DNA of 64,000 nt from Octopus vulgaris (GCA_951406725.2 OX597814.1:29388001-29452000); one strand, 5' to 3'; counted from the first letter of the stretch, positions 26,687 through 40,497 are shown. Notes: generated by a model from the sequence alone, not told the origin. Numbers and translations are program-made.

Positions 26687-27678
26687 AAGATGGAAAGATA
26701 CATAACTATATATCACAAAGCATTTTATCTCACAGGCAGTCCGTCAATTACAATGATGAGTTTTCCAATTGATCTGACCAATGGAACAGTCTGCTCATGA
26801 AATTAACATACAAGTGACTGAGTACTCTACAGATATGCATACCTTTAATGTAGTTCTCAGGGAGATTTAGCATGACACAGAATATGACAAAACTGGCCCT
26901 TTCAATTACAGGTACAACTCAATTTTGCCAGCTGAATGGACTGGAGTAAGGTGAAATAAAGCATCTTGCTCAGAGACACACTGTGCCGTGCCACCAGGAA
27001 TCGAACTGAATACTCTAATCACAAAGCTATGTGCCTTCACAAAGCATTTTATCTACTGCTCTACTAATTCTTTTGAGGAACTGTTCTCATGAAAAATACA
27101 AGAATAATGATTTCACACACAGAGAACTTGTCAGTTTTTATAGAGAGAGGGTAATATTGTAGTTTCAATCAACTCCCAGATTTTAAGTCTAATAGGCCCT
27201 GGCATGGCTGTGTGGATATGTTTGCTTCCCAACCACAGGGTTTCAGGATCAGTCCCACCACAAAGCAACTTGGGCAAGTGTCTTCCACAATAGTGCTAGG
27301 TCAACCAGTCTTGAGGGTGGATTTGGTAGACAAAAACTGAAAGAAGTCTGTCATATATGTATGATGTGTGTGTGTGTGTAACCTTATCTTGAAACATATC
27401 TGGCCATTGGGAAATATTAGCCTGCTTGGAAACAGTAGATAATTGGTAACAAGAAGATACAGCCATAGAAAACCCACCTCAACAAATTCTGTCTAACTCA
27501 TGCCAACACAGAAAACTGGAAGTTAAAACAATGATGATTTTTCACTTATCATTTAATCATTTTACTACAGAGCGATGGATTGTAGATCTGCTAGAGTTTT
27601 GGGGGTTTTTTTGCAGTATTTAGAACTATTAGAGGTATAGTAACAACAAAAATAAAATCATCAATCATAGGCAGTTAC

Positions 27679-27772
27679 CTGAAGTTTATCATGGTAGAAA
27701 TATGGCATTCCAATCACAATATGGTCTTTATTTCGAAGACACAGCTCCACGCCCATAACATTGTTTTTGCCG
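27679..27772 (-). CDS. CDC7: CDC7 exon 4 (GKNNVMGVELCLRNKDHIVIGMPYFYHDKLQ)
   Basis: Matches CDC7 G..NVMGV..C.R..DH.VI.MPY. GT-AG in phase. Confidence 0.95.
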
Positions 27773-28682
27773 CTGAAATAGAGAATGGGACAAATGTCAA
27801 GAATTACAAAACAATTGAGAAAAACTACAAAGAAAAAAAATAATCTCTTAGATATCTTTTTGTAAACTTTCTCTTTGTCTCATCACTATCATTGTTTAAC
27901 ATCCAAGTGAATCAGAGTATATTAATGATATTTTATTGACCCCCAGAGAAATAACAGGCAAATAATCAACCCCAGGAAGCTTTTGAGAAAGGAAAAATAA
28001 AATATTGTAATGTTTAGACTGGTACCACCTATCTCAGGAACCATTATTACCCAAGAACATTAGTGCAAATCACAGAACTAGATAAATCTAGAATATACAT
28101 AAAAAGACAAATACAATATAGGTGATAAGAGTGAGACAATTGGACCTGGTTGAAGCTGGCAGTAGAAACAAAAGTTCCTTCTCAAGCCATGCCTGGCTGA
28201 TAAGGGCCAGTTTCCCGGTTTCCTTGGCGTATAGGTTCTCCACCTGGACAGGACACCGGTCCGTCGCAGGTGACCTGCAAGATGCAGGAGGAAAGAGGTG
28301 AGAGAAAGTCGTGGCGAAAGAGTCAGCAGAAGTTCGCCATTACCTTCTGCTGGAGCCGCGTGGAAACACTGTAGAAACACTGCCAGATCAGACTGGAGCC
28401 TGGGGCAGCCCCTGGCTCCCCAGAGCCGCGTTTCGCTCATAAACATACACATAGCCCAGTCTGAGATTCAAACCCGCAATCCCTCGACTGCGAGTCCGCT
28501 GCTCTAACCACTTGGCCATGTGCTTCCACATAGAAACAAAAGTAATTACTTCTTAGTGAGGAACAAAAATTGCTATTGACATCAAATGACATTTAGGCTA
28601 AGTTGTGAATTTGTCTCATTGGGGAGCTCATCTTTTACTTAAAAACATGAAAATATTCAATTTAAATAAAATATCATATTAC

Positions 28683-28818
28683 CCTAGTTCCTGAAGGCAT
28701 TTTAGTTCAGTTTCAATTCTCATTGGATGGCTAGTGGGAATGATGTGTTTCAGAGCAAACAGCCTACTCACTTTGGGGTACTCTCGTAATCTCGCTTGGA
28801 AAACAGAACTGAAAGTAC
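28683..28818 (-). CDS. CDC7: CDC7 exon 3 (TFSSVFQARL..FALKHIIPTSHPMRIETELKCLQELG)
   Basis: Catalytic Lys motif ALKHIIPTSHP.RI..EL.CL. GT-AG in phase. Confidence 0.97.
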
Positions 28819-28853
28819 CTGTAATTGAAAATTTATTTACTCTTTATATTAAA

Positions 28854-29365
28854 CTAGCAGTATCGCCCGGCGTTGCTCGGGTTTGTAAGGGAAATAACTA
28901 TATAAGCATTTTTAGAGAGTTACTTCCCTTATAGATGCCAATTCGGGCTTTCTTAGCCATTTCTGTTTTGGTGTCTTCAAGCCATGAAGTCGTTGTTCTA
29001 AAAGAACGCTGGTCTCCTTGACAACGCTTTACGACGTTGATTTCCTTACACTCCCTTCCCCACAGCTTCACGAGGGAGGGAAGAAGGGGAGAAGCAAACA
29101 GGTGCAGGTGTGACCATGGACGCCAACTCCGCCGCCATCGACACACGAAAAATTATGCATTAAAATGGAATAAAAAATGATGTTAAATTATTTTTAAAAT
29201 CGTAGACTCATCGTAGACGCGCGCTAATACTCAGACGGGCTCGATATGAATCACGACTATAAGACACCCGAATTTGGTTAAACTGCACCGCAAAATGTGG
29301 GAGTAGTTAGGAATCTAAATCGAAGGGGACAGACACTCACACAACTACAGTTTTATATATATAAA
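28854..29365 (-). mobile_element. Non-autonomous Helitron copy 1
   Basis: 3' CTAG|T with subterminal hairpin cccgagcaacgccggg. Near-identical to 38603-39108. Confidence 0.8.
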
Positions 29366-29479
29366 TTAGGTTTAAAGAAAATGAAGTGATTTCCCTATTT
29401 ATGAATCAACAATAAATAATTAAATAATTAAGGCAACATTTATTAATTTCTCATGTGAGATGATAAATTATCTTTCTCT

Positions 29480-29676
29480 CTTTCTCTTTACTTGTTTCAG
29501 CCATTTGACTGCAGCGATGCTGGAGCACCGCCTTTAGTCAAGCAAATCGACCCCAGGACTTATTCTTTGTAAGCCTAGTACTTATTCTATCAGTCTCTTT
29601 TTGCCAAACTACTAAGTTACGGGGACGTAAACACACCAGCATCGGTTGTCAAGAGATGTTGGGGGAACAAACACAG

Positions 29677-29735
<59 letters not shown>

Positions 29736-29911
29736 TATATACATATATACGCCGGGCTTCTTTTTCAGTTTCCATCTACCAAATCCACTCACATGGTTTT
29801 GGTCAGCCTGAGGCTATAGAAGACACTTGCCCAAGGTGCCATGCAGTGGGACTGAACCCAGAACCATTAGGTTCGTAAGCAAGCTACTTAGCACACAGCC
29901 ACTCCTGCACC
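29480..29911 (-). mobile_element. SINE family A copy
   Basis: Matches the other copies. Confidence 0.88.
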
Positions 29912-30606
29912 TTATCCTTATGTTCTTAACTTCTTTTTTTTCTCTTAAGATCTTCAAGATTAAGTGATGTCAAGTAGATGAGAGATGGATCATCATCATT
30001 TAGCATCCACTTTTCCATAATCACTTGGGTCAAACAGAAATTGTTGAGGCAGATTTTCTAAAGATCATGTATGTGTGTGTATCTCCTTGATTTGATATCA
30101 CATGATAGTTATAAACAAACGTTCCCTGTGGAAAGGGTAGACCCAGGAAGATGTGAGATGAAGTAGTAGGAAAGAATCTTTGAAAGCTGGGCCTCACTGA
30201 AGAAATGACAAGGGGCCGGGAGATGTGGCAATTTGCTATACTTAATAAGATGGATCAAGTTAAGTAAAATCACTGTCTTCCACATATACAGGCTTGTCGT
30301 TTCAGGTGCCAGTGCCACTTAAAAAACACCCATGCTGATGCTGTATAAATATACCCATGCCGGTGGCATGTAAAAAGCACCCAGCACACTGTTCTCTCCA
30401 CAGTTAGAGATCAGCCCGTTTTTATTTTAATCAACATATTACACAGCCAGTCTGCAATCACACCCCCATCACTAAAAATTATCAAGGACATGGCTAAATG
30501 AAATTCATTAGAATTTGTGTAACAGGAACAAAGTTTGTTTTTTGCTGTTTTTTGTTATCACAGGTTCTTTCAAATGCTAAGAATTATCATGAAAAATTAT
30601 AAATAC

Positions 30607-30693
30607 CTTCACCGATCTTTTTGGTAACTTGAAAATACTTTTTAAGTTCCGGGAGAAACCCATACAACTTTTCAATCTCTGTTCGTATATGTT
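30607..30693 (-). CDS. CDC7: CDC7 exon 2 (EHIRTEIEKLYGFLPELKKYFQVTKKIGEG)
   Basis: IEKLY...P.L...F....KIGEG leads into the Gly-rich loop. GT-AG in phase. Confidence 0.95.
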
Positions 30694-31559
30694 CTGTATA
30701 TAAAAAAACAGAATTTTAATCATAATTATAAATTTAACTGATTGATAAAACAATTAACATTAGAATATCACTGTACGCTTCCATCAATCAATGTTGACCA
30801 TACAGCTATCTAAGCATGGATGTACAAACTGTTTGTTTTTTTAACTTGGGGCACATCCTTGAAGAATTTTAAGTCAAATAAATTGACCCTAATAATTTTT
30901 TTTTAAAAGCCTGGTACTTATTCTATTGGTCCCTTTTGCCGAATCACTAAGTTACAGGAACAAAAACACACCAGCACTGGTGAGGGACAAATACACATGT
31001 GGTCGATGCCAGTGCCGCCTGACTGGCCCACATGCTGGTGGCACATAAAAAGCACCCACTACACTACACTCTTGGAGTGGTTGGCATCAGGAAGGGCATC
31101 CCAAACTGTCCAACCCATGCCAGCATGGAAAGCGGACATTAAACGATGATGATGATGATATATATATATATACATACACACACACACACAACAGGCTTCT
31201 TTCAGTTACCATCTACAAAATCCACTCACAAAGCTTTAGTTGGCCTGAGGTTATAGTAGAAGACATGTGCCCAAGGTGCCATGCAGTGAGATTGAACCCA
31301 GAACCATGCAGTTGGAAAGCAAACTTCTTCCCACACAAGCACATATAGATATAAATCATCATCATCAGTTTCATCATCTAATATCTATATTCCACGTTGC
31401 CATGGACTGGATGGTTTGACAGGATCCAATGATTTCACTGAGCTCCAAATTTTTTAATATCACCTTTTTCTTGGAAACAGCTTGATGTATTGGTGAACAG
31501 TCAACCGTGTTGGAGAGCATAAGTATTAAAGTTGTAGGTAAGAAAAAGTTAGTATGGAA

Positions 31560-32290
31560 GACTAGAAGCCATCTGGATACAGGAAAAGTTTCCTGTATCA
31601 TGATGATTCACACCCAGCCATCAAAATACCAACATGATGACTACTACTCAACATTCTGTGAACACTGAAAATGCTGTAAGACTTGGGATGGACAGTTGCA
31701 ATGGAGACTAGAAAGCCATGGCCAGCAGAAGAGATGCAGCAGGCATTCATTCTGATTGTGTCCAGACACTGGAATTTGTCCCACCTCTTTGAGCAGGGGC
31801 TTAGGCTCAATTCAGATGGCTACATGAAGCTACTGGAGACAAAGAGCAATCTCAGGCTGGAGAGGGTTGCTGCTAGAAGGGCATATGTTTAGGAGCAGGA
31901 TTTAGCTCCTTGCCACACCTCTGGAAAGAATCAGAAGTGGTTGTTGGAGAATTTCTACAACTTCATCAGCCCCAATTTTTGGCCTCCTAATTTTCCCAGT
32001 TGTAATCCCATGGATTACTAAGTGTAGGACATGGTTGAGAAAGACACCAACTGCTTTGCCTGAAACTCCAAGGCCAGGCTAGTGGCCAAGATCAAAAAAG
32101 TGTCAAAAGATCTTTCCAGAGACATGTGAGGAACTCATGTGCCAGATTCAACAGTCACTATGAGACTGTGGTGGAAGTTGAGGGCAAATACTTAACGTAA
32201 ACTGTTATCTCCCAGCAATAATTTAGTTGTTATCTTCTATTTTTTTTAAATTCTTTTATTTTGGGATGGGATATTGCATTTTCTTTTCAT
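31560..32290 (+). mobile_element. Tc1/mariner-superfamily transposase remnant
   Basis: Translates to ..GLRLNSDGYMKLLE..QDLAPCHTS..WLLENFYNF..WPPNFPSCNPMDY with stops. Confidence 0.8.
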
Positions 32291-33172
32291 CATCATCATC
32301 ATCTAATGTCCACTTTCCATGCTAGTATGGGTTGGATGGTTTGACTGGGGACTGGTGAGCCAGATGGCTGCCCCAGGCTCCAATCTGATCTGGCAGAGTT
32401 TCTACAGCTGGATGCCCTTCCTAATGCCAACCACTCCAAGAGTGTAGTGGGTACTCTTACATGCCACCACCATGAGGGCCAGTCAGGCGGTACTGGCAAC
32501 GGCCACGCTCAAATGGTGTTTTTACGTGTCACCTGCACAGGAGATGCAAACTGTTAAATCTAGCATAAACACCTTGTATGTGTGTGTGTGTATGCAGGCA
32601 TATACAATTTAGAAGCTACAAATAATTTGGAGCTTCTACATTTAATAACTTATGCAACACTGATTTTATATGTGTTGCCAGCCTCGCCTGGCCCCCGTGC
32701 CGGTGGCACATAAAAAGCACCATCCATTCGTGGCCGTTTGCCAGCTCTGTCTGGCACCTGTGTGGGTGGCACGTAAAAAGCACCCACTACACTCGCGGAG
32801 TGGTTGGCATTAGGAAGGGCATCCAGCTGTAGAAACATTGCCAGATAAGACCGGAGCCTGGTGCAGCCTTCTGGCTTCCCAGATCTCTGGTCGAACCGTC
32901 CAACCCATGCTAGCATGGAGAAAGGACGTTAAACGATAATGATGAAGTTTGTTTTAATTAACAAAGGGATTTTCATTCCACAAATATTCACAACAACCCA
33001 CCACCAAAGCTTTTATTAGGTAGAGTTTTTCTCTCTAACTACACTCATAAACACTGAAATAAATGGATGGGACACAAAACAAAAACATTTTACATAGCTT
33101 CAAACACAGAATATCCAATATTTCAATGTATCATACTACAGATTTAATCTGAAGATTAACTGAAAATGAACA

Positions 33173-33559
33173 AGGCGCAGGAGTGGCTGTGTGGTAAGTA
33201 GCTTGTTAACCAACCACATGGTTCCGGGTTCAGTCCTACTGCGTGGTACCTTGGGCAAGTGTCTTCTACTATAGCCTCGGGCCGACCAATGCCTTGTGAG
33301 TGAAAGAAGCCTGTCGTATATATGTATACATATATATGTGTGTGTGTGTTTGTGTGTCTGTGCTCGTCTCCCAAGCATTGCTTGACAACCGATGCTGGTG
33401 TGTTTACGTCCCCGTCGCTTAGCGGTTCGGCAAAAGGGACCGATAGAATAAGTACTGGCCTTACAAAGAATAAGTCCCGGGATCGATTTCCTCGACTAAA
33501 GGCGGTGCTCCAGCATGGCCACAGTCAAATGTCTAAAACAAGTAAAAGAGTAAAGTAAA
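33173..33559 (+). mobile_element. SINE family A copy, directly adjacent to the CDC7 exon 1 donor
   Basis: Matches the other copies. Confidence 0.88.
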
Positions 33560-33570
33560 GCTGGACATAC

Positions 33571-33622
33571 CTGGCATTTCCTCAGCAGGTAACTCATCCT
33601 TGTTGTCAGTAGAAGTGGACAT
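33571..33622 (-). CDS. CDC7: CDC7 first coding exon (MSTSTDNKDELPAEEMP-)
   Basis: ATG at 33622 and donor G|gtatgt whose phase matches exon 2. The N-terminus is poorly conserved, so this call is less certain. Confidence 0.7.
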
Positions 33623-34655
33623 TCTCTAGTTTCTTACTTCAGACTGGTAAACTGTGAGTGAAAGATTTACAGTACAGCACTTAGCATTTTTAGGAGGAAC
33701 ATAACAGTCCAAAATTAAATTGTTTTCCTTTCAATAGTCAGTTCCTTCTCGAGCCACGCCTGGCTCATGAGGGCGGGTTTCCCAGTTTCCTTGGCATATA
33801 GGTTCCCCACTTGGACGGGACGCCAGTCCGTCGCAGATGAGCTAAAAGATGCAGGAGGAAAGAGTGAGACAAAGTCGTGGCGAAAGAGTCAGCAGAAGTT
33901 CACCATTACCTTCTGCCGGAGCCGCGTGGAGCTTAGGTGTTTTGCTCATAAACACACACATCGCCCGGTCCGAGATTCGTGGGTCTGAGATTCGAACCCA
34001 CGATCCCTCGACCGTAAGATCCACTGGTCTAACAACTAGGCCATGTGCCTCCACTTTCAATAGTCAGTATATTTAGACAAATATTCAAGACAATGTTGTC
34101 CTTCCTATAGTTAATTAATAAAATAGCTACCAGGATTAATAAGTCAGTATACAGATAAAGCCCCCTTCTTGAGCCTTATGAACTCACAAGGGCTGGTTTC
34201 CTAGTTTCTGTGGCTTACATAGATTTACCCCTTGGGTGGGATACCAGTCATCACAAGATTACTCATTTTTACCAGTTGTGGGATTGCAACAATGTGAAAT
34301 GAGGTGTTTTGCTCAAGAATACACTGCATCATCCAGTCCAAGAATTGAAACCACAATCTTATAACCAAGAGTCCAACATCTTAACCACCAGGCCACATGC
34401 CTCCACTAATAAGTCAGTAGCGGTTGGTTTGTATCAACAAGAATCAAATTAAAAATAAAAGCTAAAAAGATATATGCAATTATACTATGACTTAAAACAG
34501 TTTAATCCTTAAAATATAGAGTCCTTCACTGAAAAACTAAAAATTATATTTCTAGGTTTCTTTCTCACACGTTATACATAATTCAACCTACACAAGTGAA
34601 TGTCTAATGAACAAAATAGAAATTTTGAAAGAAGTATCTATAAAACTAGTTTTAA

Positions 34656-34874
34656 CCCTTTAGTGTTCAGATTATTCTATCAAACATAATGCTTATTGAT
34701 TCACATTGATTTGAATTAATCATGCATTATCTCATATCTTCAAGATCTTGATGGTGTAATTACTTAATGTAGAATAACATTGTAGGGTAGGTGTGAGAGC
34801 CTGGATCTGGTCAGTTTGAACATAAAACAGATTAAATATTATAACCGGATATGGCCGGTTTAAATACTAAAGGG
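34656..34874. mobile_element. TTAA-type (piggyBac-like) MITE
   Basis: TTAA|ccctttagt ... actaaaggg|TTAA. Confidence 0.85.
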
Positions 34875-36623
34875 TTAAACATGAAATAGCTATTGGGGTC
34901 TATCAGAACAAAATAGTAATTAAAGGAGTCAGTGAAACACTGCTCTACATGATCAGAACTAACTCCTACATATTTGATACCTGGAAAACAGAGTCGTTAG
35001 ACTGTCGGACAAAATTCTTTATGGTATTTGGTCTAGTTCTCTGCATTCCTTTATGGTATTTGGCCAAGTTCTCTGCATTCCAAGTTCAACTCTTACCATG
35101 GTCATCTTTGTATTTCATCTTTCAGAGTTGATAATAGAGTACTAATCAAGAGCAGTGGATTGGCTGAACAGTAAGAAATTTTGGGTTAGGTGCTTTGCAG
35201 TATTTAGTCTAGTTCTTTATGTTCTGAGTTCAAATTCCACTGTGACCTACTTGAGAGGGGGACATAACCAGCTGACTTGTTTTTAACACTGTCAACTAAT
35301 ACTTTGTGCAGTGCATTTCACAGAGTCCACTCTCTTATAAACATTCAGGATAGGTTTCTGTTACAAAGATATCTTCATCCCACCTCTCTTCCAGTCTCAG
35401 AGGCCCTATAACAGGTCATGGACATTGCTTTCCTTCCTGACAAGAAAAAAGAAAAAGAAAAATGTAATACCAACAACACTAATGCCATTCTACACACCAA
35501 CCACCATAGATTCTACACCAGGGCTGTGTGGTAAGAAGCTTGCTTCTCAACCACACGGTTCTGCGTTCAGTCCCACAGCATGGCACTTTGGGCAAGTGCC
35601 TTTTACTATAGCCTCAGGCTGCCCAAAGTCTTGTGAGTGGATTTGATAGATGGAAACTGAAAGCCTGCTGTGTATATATATGTGTGTGTGTGTGTGTTTG
35701 TTTCCCATTACCGCTTGACAACCAGCATCCCCATAACTTAGTGGTTCAGCAAAAGAGACTGAAGGAATAAATACTAGGCTTACATAGACTAAGTGCTGGG
35801 GTCGATTTGTTCAATTAAGAAAAAAAGGGGGCTGATGCAGTTTTGCACCTCACCTTGAAAAATGCATTCAAAAAAAATTTTTTTTTTCGGATTCCTACAT
35901 TTTAAATGTCAGAGATTAACGAATATGCAAAAAAAATTTTTTTTCTAATTTCACCCAACCCCTACACACCAATTTAAATTTTTTCAAAAATGGCCGTAGT
36001 CAAATGACTGGGACAAGCAAATGAATATTACTGTGCGACACTGAATCACATACCAATAACACGACACATAGAAAATATATTCACTACACAACACAATTCA
36101 TAGTATATATATTCTACAAAACAGAAGAATCACAAAAATAACGAACCAATCACCACAGCAAAGCAAAACTGGGTTACTATACTAACACAAAATTTTACAC
36201 AATACTGAGCACACGTCAGGAATAGGGGTTCGCCAGTTGGTGCAGTAGGGACTAGCAAGAAAGCGTCGAAAACATAAAGCAATTGTTTCAAATTTAGAGA
36301 TAAGGCCAGAAATTTCTAAAGAGGGGGAACCGTCGGTTATATTCAACCACAGAACTTGACTGGCACTTCATTTATCAATCCTAGGAGGATGGAAGGAAGT
36401 GTTGGCCACGACGGGATTTAAACCTAAAACATCAAGAGCCTGAAAAAATACCGCAAAGCATTTTGTCCGACGCTTTACGAGTTTCTTAATAAATTAGGTA
36501 CAAGGCTAGAAATTTGAGGGAGAACAGATCCTAATCGGCCAGAGGGGGATGGAAAACAAAGTTGACCTCGACGGAATTTGAACCAAAAACATAAAATACT
36601 TGAACAAATATCGTAAAGTATTC

Positions 36624-36737
36624 GGCACTACGGAACGATGTTTTTACAGTGCACACTCGTTAGGGTTAGTCTTAGGGTTTAGGGTTACGGTTAAGGGTCA
36701 GGTAGATGCACCGGGACCTCTGTATTTAAGTAGTACC
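36624..36737. mobile_element. 114-bp MITE with 8-bp TSD and internal TTAGGG-like repeats (Merlin-like termini)
   Basis: TSD aagtattc at 36616 and 36738; TIR ggcactac/gtagtacc. It interrupts a SINE B copy. Confidence 0.7.
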
Positions 36738-37361
36738 AAGTATTCTGTCCGACGTTGTAACGATTCTGCCACTTACCTTCTAATATCACACAACTTATAA
36801 AAGTGTGATAGGTCCTCAGACATGCCATAAAATTAATACTGCTAGTCTTTATGCGTAAAATACCATTCAAAAATAAAGTTTAAAACTCCACCCACCAACC
36901 GTTTTTTTTTTTTTATTTCTTTTCAACTTTGACTCTACAGCAATAACAGTATTGTTTTTATGTCTAGTGCTCGAGAAACTATATGTTTATCTCAGAAGTA
37001 GATGACCTTAAAAAAGTTGTACAAAGAAAGACTTTAGACTGGCAGTAAAAGAAAACATGTGACTTAAACGACTAGATTTATTATTTAACGTATTATAAAT
37101 GTGGTAATTTTGTCAATAGAAAAAATATCGATTTACATTTATGTATTCATATATATATGAGTTACAAACAAAATAATTCCTTTTCATTATAGGAATTACA
37201 AAAGAAACGATAAAGATAAAATGATATCGTCAAAAAACAATTAATATTATAAACAAAGAAAACATATAGTATGATATTTAACAAATCGGAGTATGGACAA
37301 TAATATTATGTACTAAGAATAGTAAATTTTGAATTCAAGATGACCGAAAAATAGAACTTAC

Positions 37362-37500
37362 CAACTATTTACGAAAATATTAAATAATATTGCCCACGAA
37401 GTAACGAAATTCGTGGAGATTATTGGAGAAATACGAACAGAGTAAAAGAAGATAGAATCTTCCTCAGCTGTAATTACCGTGGCGACCGAAAAGCTGGAAT
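37362..37500 (-). other. CDC7: Putative CDC7 non-coding first exon
   Basis: Strong donor G|gtaagt at 37361, just downstream of an E2F-type site. TSS unknown. Confidence 0.5.
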
Positions 37501-37502
37501 GT

Positions 37503-37512
37503 CGCGCCAAAA
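37503..37512 (-). promoter_or_regulatory. E2F-type site TTTTGGCGCG in the putative CDC7 promoter
   Basis: Matches the E2F consensus TTTSSCGC. CDC7 is a known E2F target in other animals. Confidence 0.55.
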
Positions 37513-37624
37513 TATTTAAAGCAATTTCCTAGAGTTGTCTATCTTGAAATTATCAATTGCGAAAATTATAAAAACAGGAATAAAAGTATCAAGGGAGATG
37601 ACTCCAGTAATATTAATTGTGGTG

Positions 37625-38012
37625 GAAGCACTCCGTCGGTTCCGACGATGAGGGTTCCGGTTGATCCGAATCAACGGAACAGCCTGCTCGTGAAATTAAC
37701 GTGAAATTAAGTGGCTGAGCACTCCACAGAGACGTGCACCCTTAACGTAGTTCTCGGGGATATTCAGCGTAACACAGAGAGTGACAAGGCCGGCCCCTTG
37801 AAATAAAGGCACAACAGAAACAGGAAGTAAGAGTGAGAGAAAGTTGTGGTGAAAGAGTACAGCAGGGATCACCACCATCCCCTGCCGGAGCGTCGTGGAG
37901 CTTTTAGGTGTTTTCGCTCAATAAACACTCACAACGCCCGGTCTGGGAATCGAAACGGCGATCCTATGACCGCGAGTCCGCTGCCCTAACTTCTGGGCCA
38001 TTGCGCCTCCAC
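37625..38012 (-). mobile_element. SINE family C copy
   Basis: Reverse complement of 22148-22538. Confidence 0.88.
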
Positions 38013-38602
38013 AATATTAATTGTACTCGGTATTTGTTAGCTGTCACGACCACAATTTTTGGTTAGAGTCGGAATGATGAAAAATAGGATTGTATTCAAA
38101 CTGATTCGAATTTACATCGAGTAATTCACAAATTTAGCTACATTGAGTAAATCACAATATGGCCAATTCGACTCTGACCAGTTCAACGAGCACTGCTGAA
38201 GACTTCGTACTGGCTGCGTTAGTGTTCCAGAAAGATGAACTCAGCTTTGCAAGGTAGCTGAATACGTATTCATTTATTGTGTTCATAGTATTTACAGAAG
38301 TGAGATGTTTTGCTTGGTACCTCGACCATTAGTAGAGCTTTGTGTCTTCATCCCAGTATCAGAGAGCATTGATAAGCTAAAGTTCCGAATAATCCTATGA
38401 TCAAAGACATTTCAGCTGTGACCATCCCATTTTTCCCCAGTCACAGTTCCCTCGTGACCGCATGATTTAATAATAATAATAATAATTGTGTACAGTGCTC
38501 AGGTGCACTACAACTCATCTAAAGTGTATATATAATCAGGTGTAGTTTCGTTATGCTTTTTACTAAGATTTTTTTATTGTAATTTGAGAGATTTAGTTAC
38601 TA

Positions 38603-39108
38603 CTAGCAGTATCGCCCGGCGTTGCTCGGGTTTGTAAGGGAAATAACTATATAAGCATTTTTAGAGAGTTACTTCCCTTATAAATTCGGGCTTTCTTAGC
38701 CATTTTTGTTTTCGTGTCTTCAAGCCATGAAGTCGTTGTTCTAAAAGAACGCTGGTTTCCTTCACAACGCATTACGATGTTGATTTCTTTACACTCCCTT
38801 CCCCACAGCTTCACGAGGGAGGGAAGGGGGAGAAGCAAACAGGTGCAGCTGTGAGCGTGGACGCCAACTCCGCCGCCATCGACACACGATGCATTTTATG
38901 CATTAAAATGGAATAAAAAATTATGTTAAATTATTTTAAAAATCGTAGACTCATCGTTGACGCGCGCTAATAGTCAGACGGGCTCGATATGAATCACGAC
39001 TATAAGATACCCGAATTTGGTTAAACTGCACCGCAAAATGTGGGAGGAGTTAGGAATCTAAATCGAAGGGGACAGACACTCACACAACTAGAGTTTTATA
39101 TATAGAGA
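38603..39108 (-). mobile_element. Non-autonomous Helitron copy 2 (complete ends)
   Basis: Minus strand A|TC...CTAG|T with a GC hairpin near the 3' end. No TSD; inserted at an AT dinucleotide. Confidence 0.88.
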
Positions 39109-39703
39109 TTTCTAACAAATCAAAGGATCACTTAGGCTTCTGTTTATTTTGTTACTATTTGCTGCTCATGATTCAGAGTGGTTGTTTATCCTTAAATCAG
39201 CCCCATTATCAAGCAAATTTAGGATCGAAGTCGATCTAGTCGTGACCACCCCATTTTTTTTTTCAAGTATAGTGAAGATTTAAATCCTTTTCTCTTTAAT
39301 CTCCTCTGTCTGTCTGTCTCTGTGTCCCCTCCCTCTCTCACTCACACACACACACACATTGAAAGTCCAAATGTTCAGTAAGAACTCTTACACTTTTCTG
39401 GGCATACTAACGACTAACTAAACCAAATCATTAAAGCGTCTGATAAAAAGCAGGGCGCTGTTTTGTTGCGACCCTTTATATTCTGAATTCAAATCCTATT
39501 GAGGCCAGTTTTGTCTTCCATTCTTCCCAAGTTGATAAAATAAAGTACCACTCAACATTCTAGACGCGAATGGAATTATAGTAGAAAATTGAGAGTATTT
39601 CTTTCTTCCCTTACAATACGTAGTCCTATGCAAATGATATTGCCCTTCATTGCGCCTTGACATTTTCAACAACGCTTGCTCTCTTATGCAGGTTATATCA
39701 TTA

Positions 39704-40230
39704 CTAGCTGGCCCCGTGCCGTCAAAAATGACGGCTAGTTGTAGTATTTTATATCTCTGGTCAGTACCTTTTATGCCTCACGAACACACAGACACAAAAA
39801 CATGCTAATACTTACAAACTTCCAACCAACATGATTGTAAAATATGTAAAATAAATAATGTATATAATTTAAAAAGAAATCTTGTTGTCATTCCACTTGT
39901 GTTCTATTGTCGTCGTATGTATTATATGGTCTGTAATATTTCATTAAGAATGGGATCGCGTGCGATTGTATTCCCTATACGATGCGACCGCATGTGATCC
40001 TATTTTTATACAAGTTTCTAGTTTAATAATTCTTTTATAATCAAATTTTTCGCGAAACATCTATCCGCAACTAGCATCCCTTGATTGTTTGTTTCCTTCA
40101 AAAGAATTCTAAAGTTTTCCATCCCTCTTGTACGATTTAAGTCCACAAGAAGCTGTCTGTGGCTATATACGGGAGCCGGCAAGTAAATACCAACATTTTC
40201 GAAGCGACGTTTCCTTTCAGTTGCGCTCTC
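39704..40230 (-). mobile_element. Autonomous-type Helitron 3' remnant (Pif1-like RepHel helicase C-terminus and 3' end)
   Basis: FENVGIYLPAPVYSHRQLLVDLNR..KNLIIKELL resembles RepHel VGIYLP.PVFSHGQLYVALSR..NIVYKEVL. Hairpin gccgtca..tgacggc and terminal CTAG|T. Confidence 0.85.
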
Positions 40231-40497
40231 CATTACTAAAAACCGATCTAAACTCATACGACTTAAAGCCACAAAAAGCAGTCCGTGATTTATAGATGAT
40301 GTGAAAACTCCCTATTCAAAATTTATTACATACATTTCTAAATATAAACAAATTACGCACATGTATGAACAGTTAAATGTGTATTTATAATATATTTTTC
40401 AACTGCAGTCGTTTTATATTCTTGATACACTCAGACAATAATTATTTTTCTCTAATGAATTTGTATATGTTTGTGTAAGTGTGTGTGATTGTAATAG

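Noticed and set aside
36659-36700. Interstitial telomere or chromosome fusion scar
   Set aside because: Only a few degenerate units, enclosed by TIRs and an 8-bp TSD, so transposon-borne.
37643-37700. Hammerhead-like gatgag...gtgaaa on the antisense strand of SINE C
   Set aside because: No CUGANGA core or GAAAC/GUH arrangement. It is just the SINE 3' hairpin.
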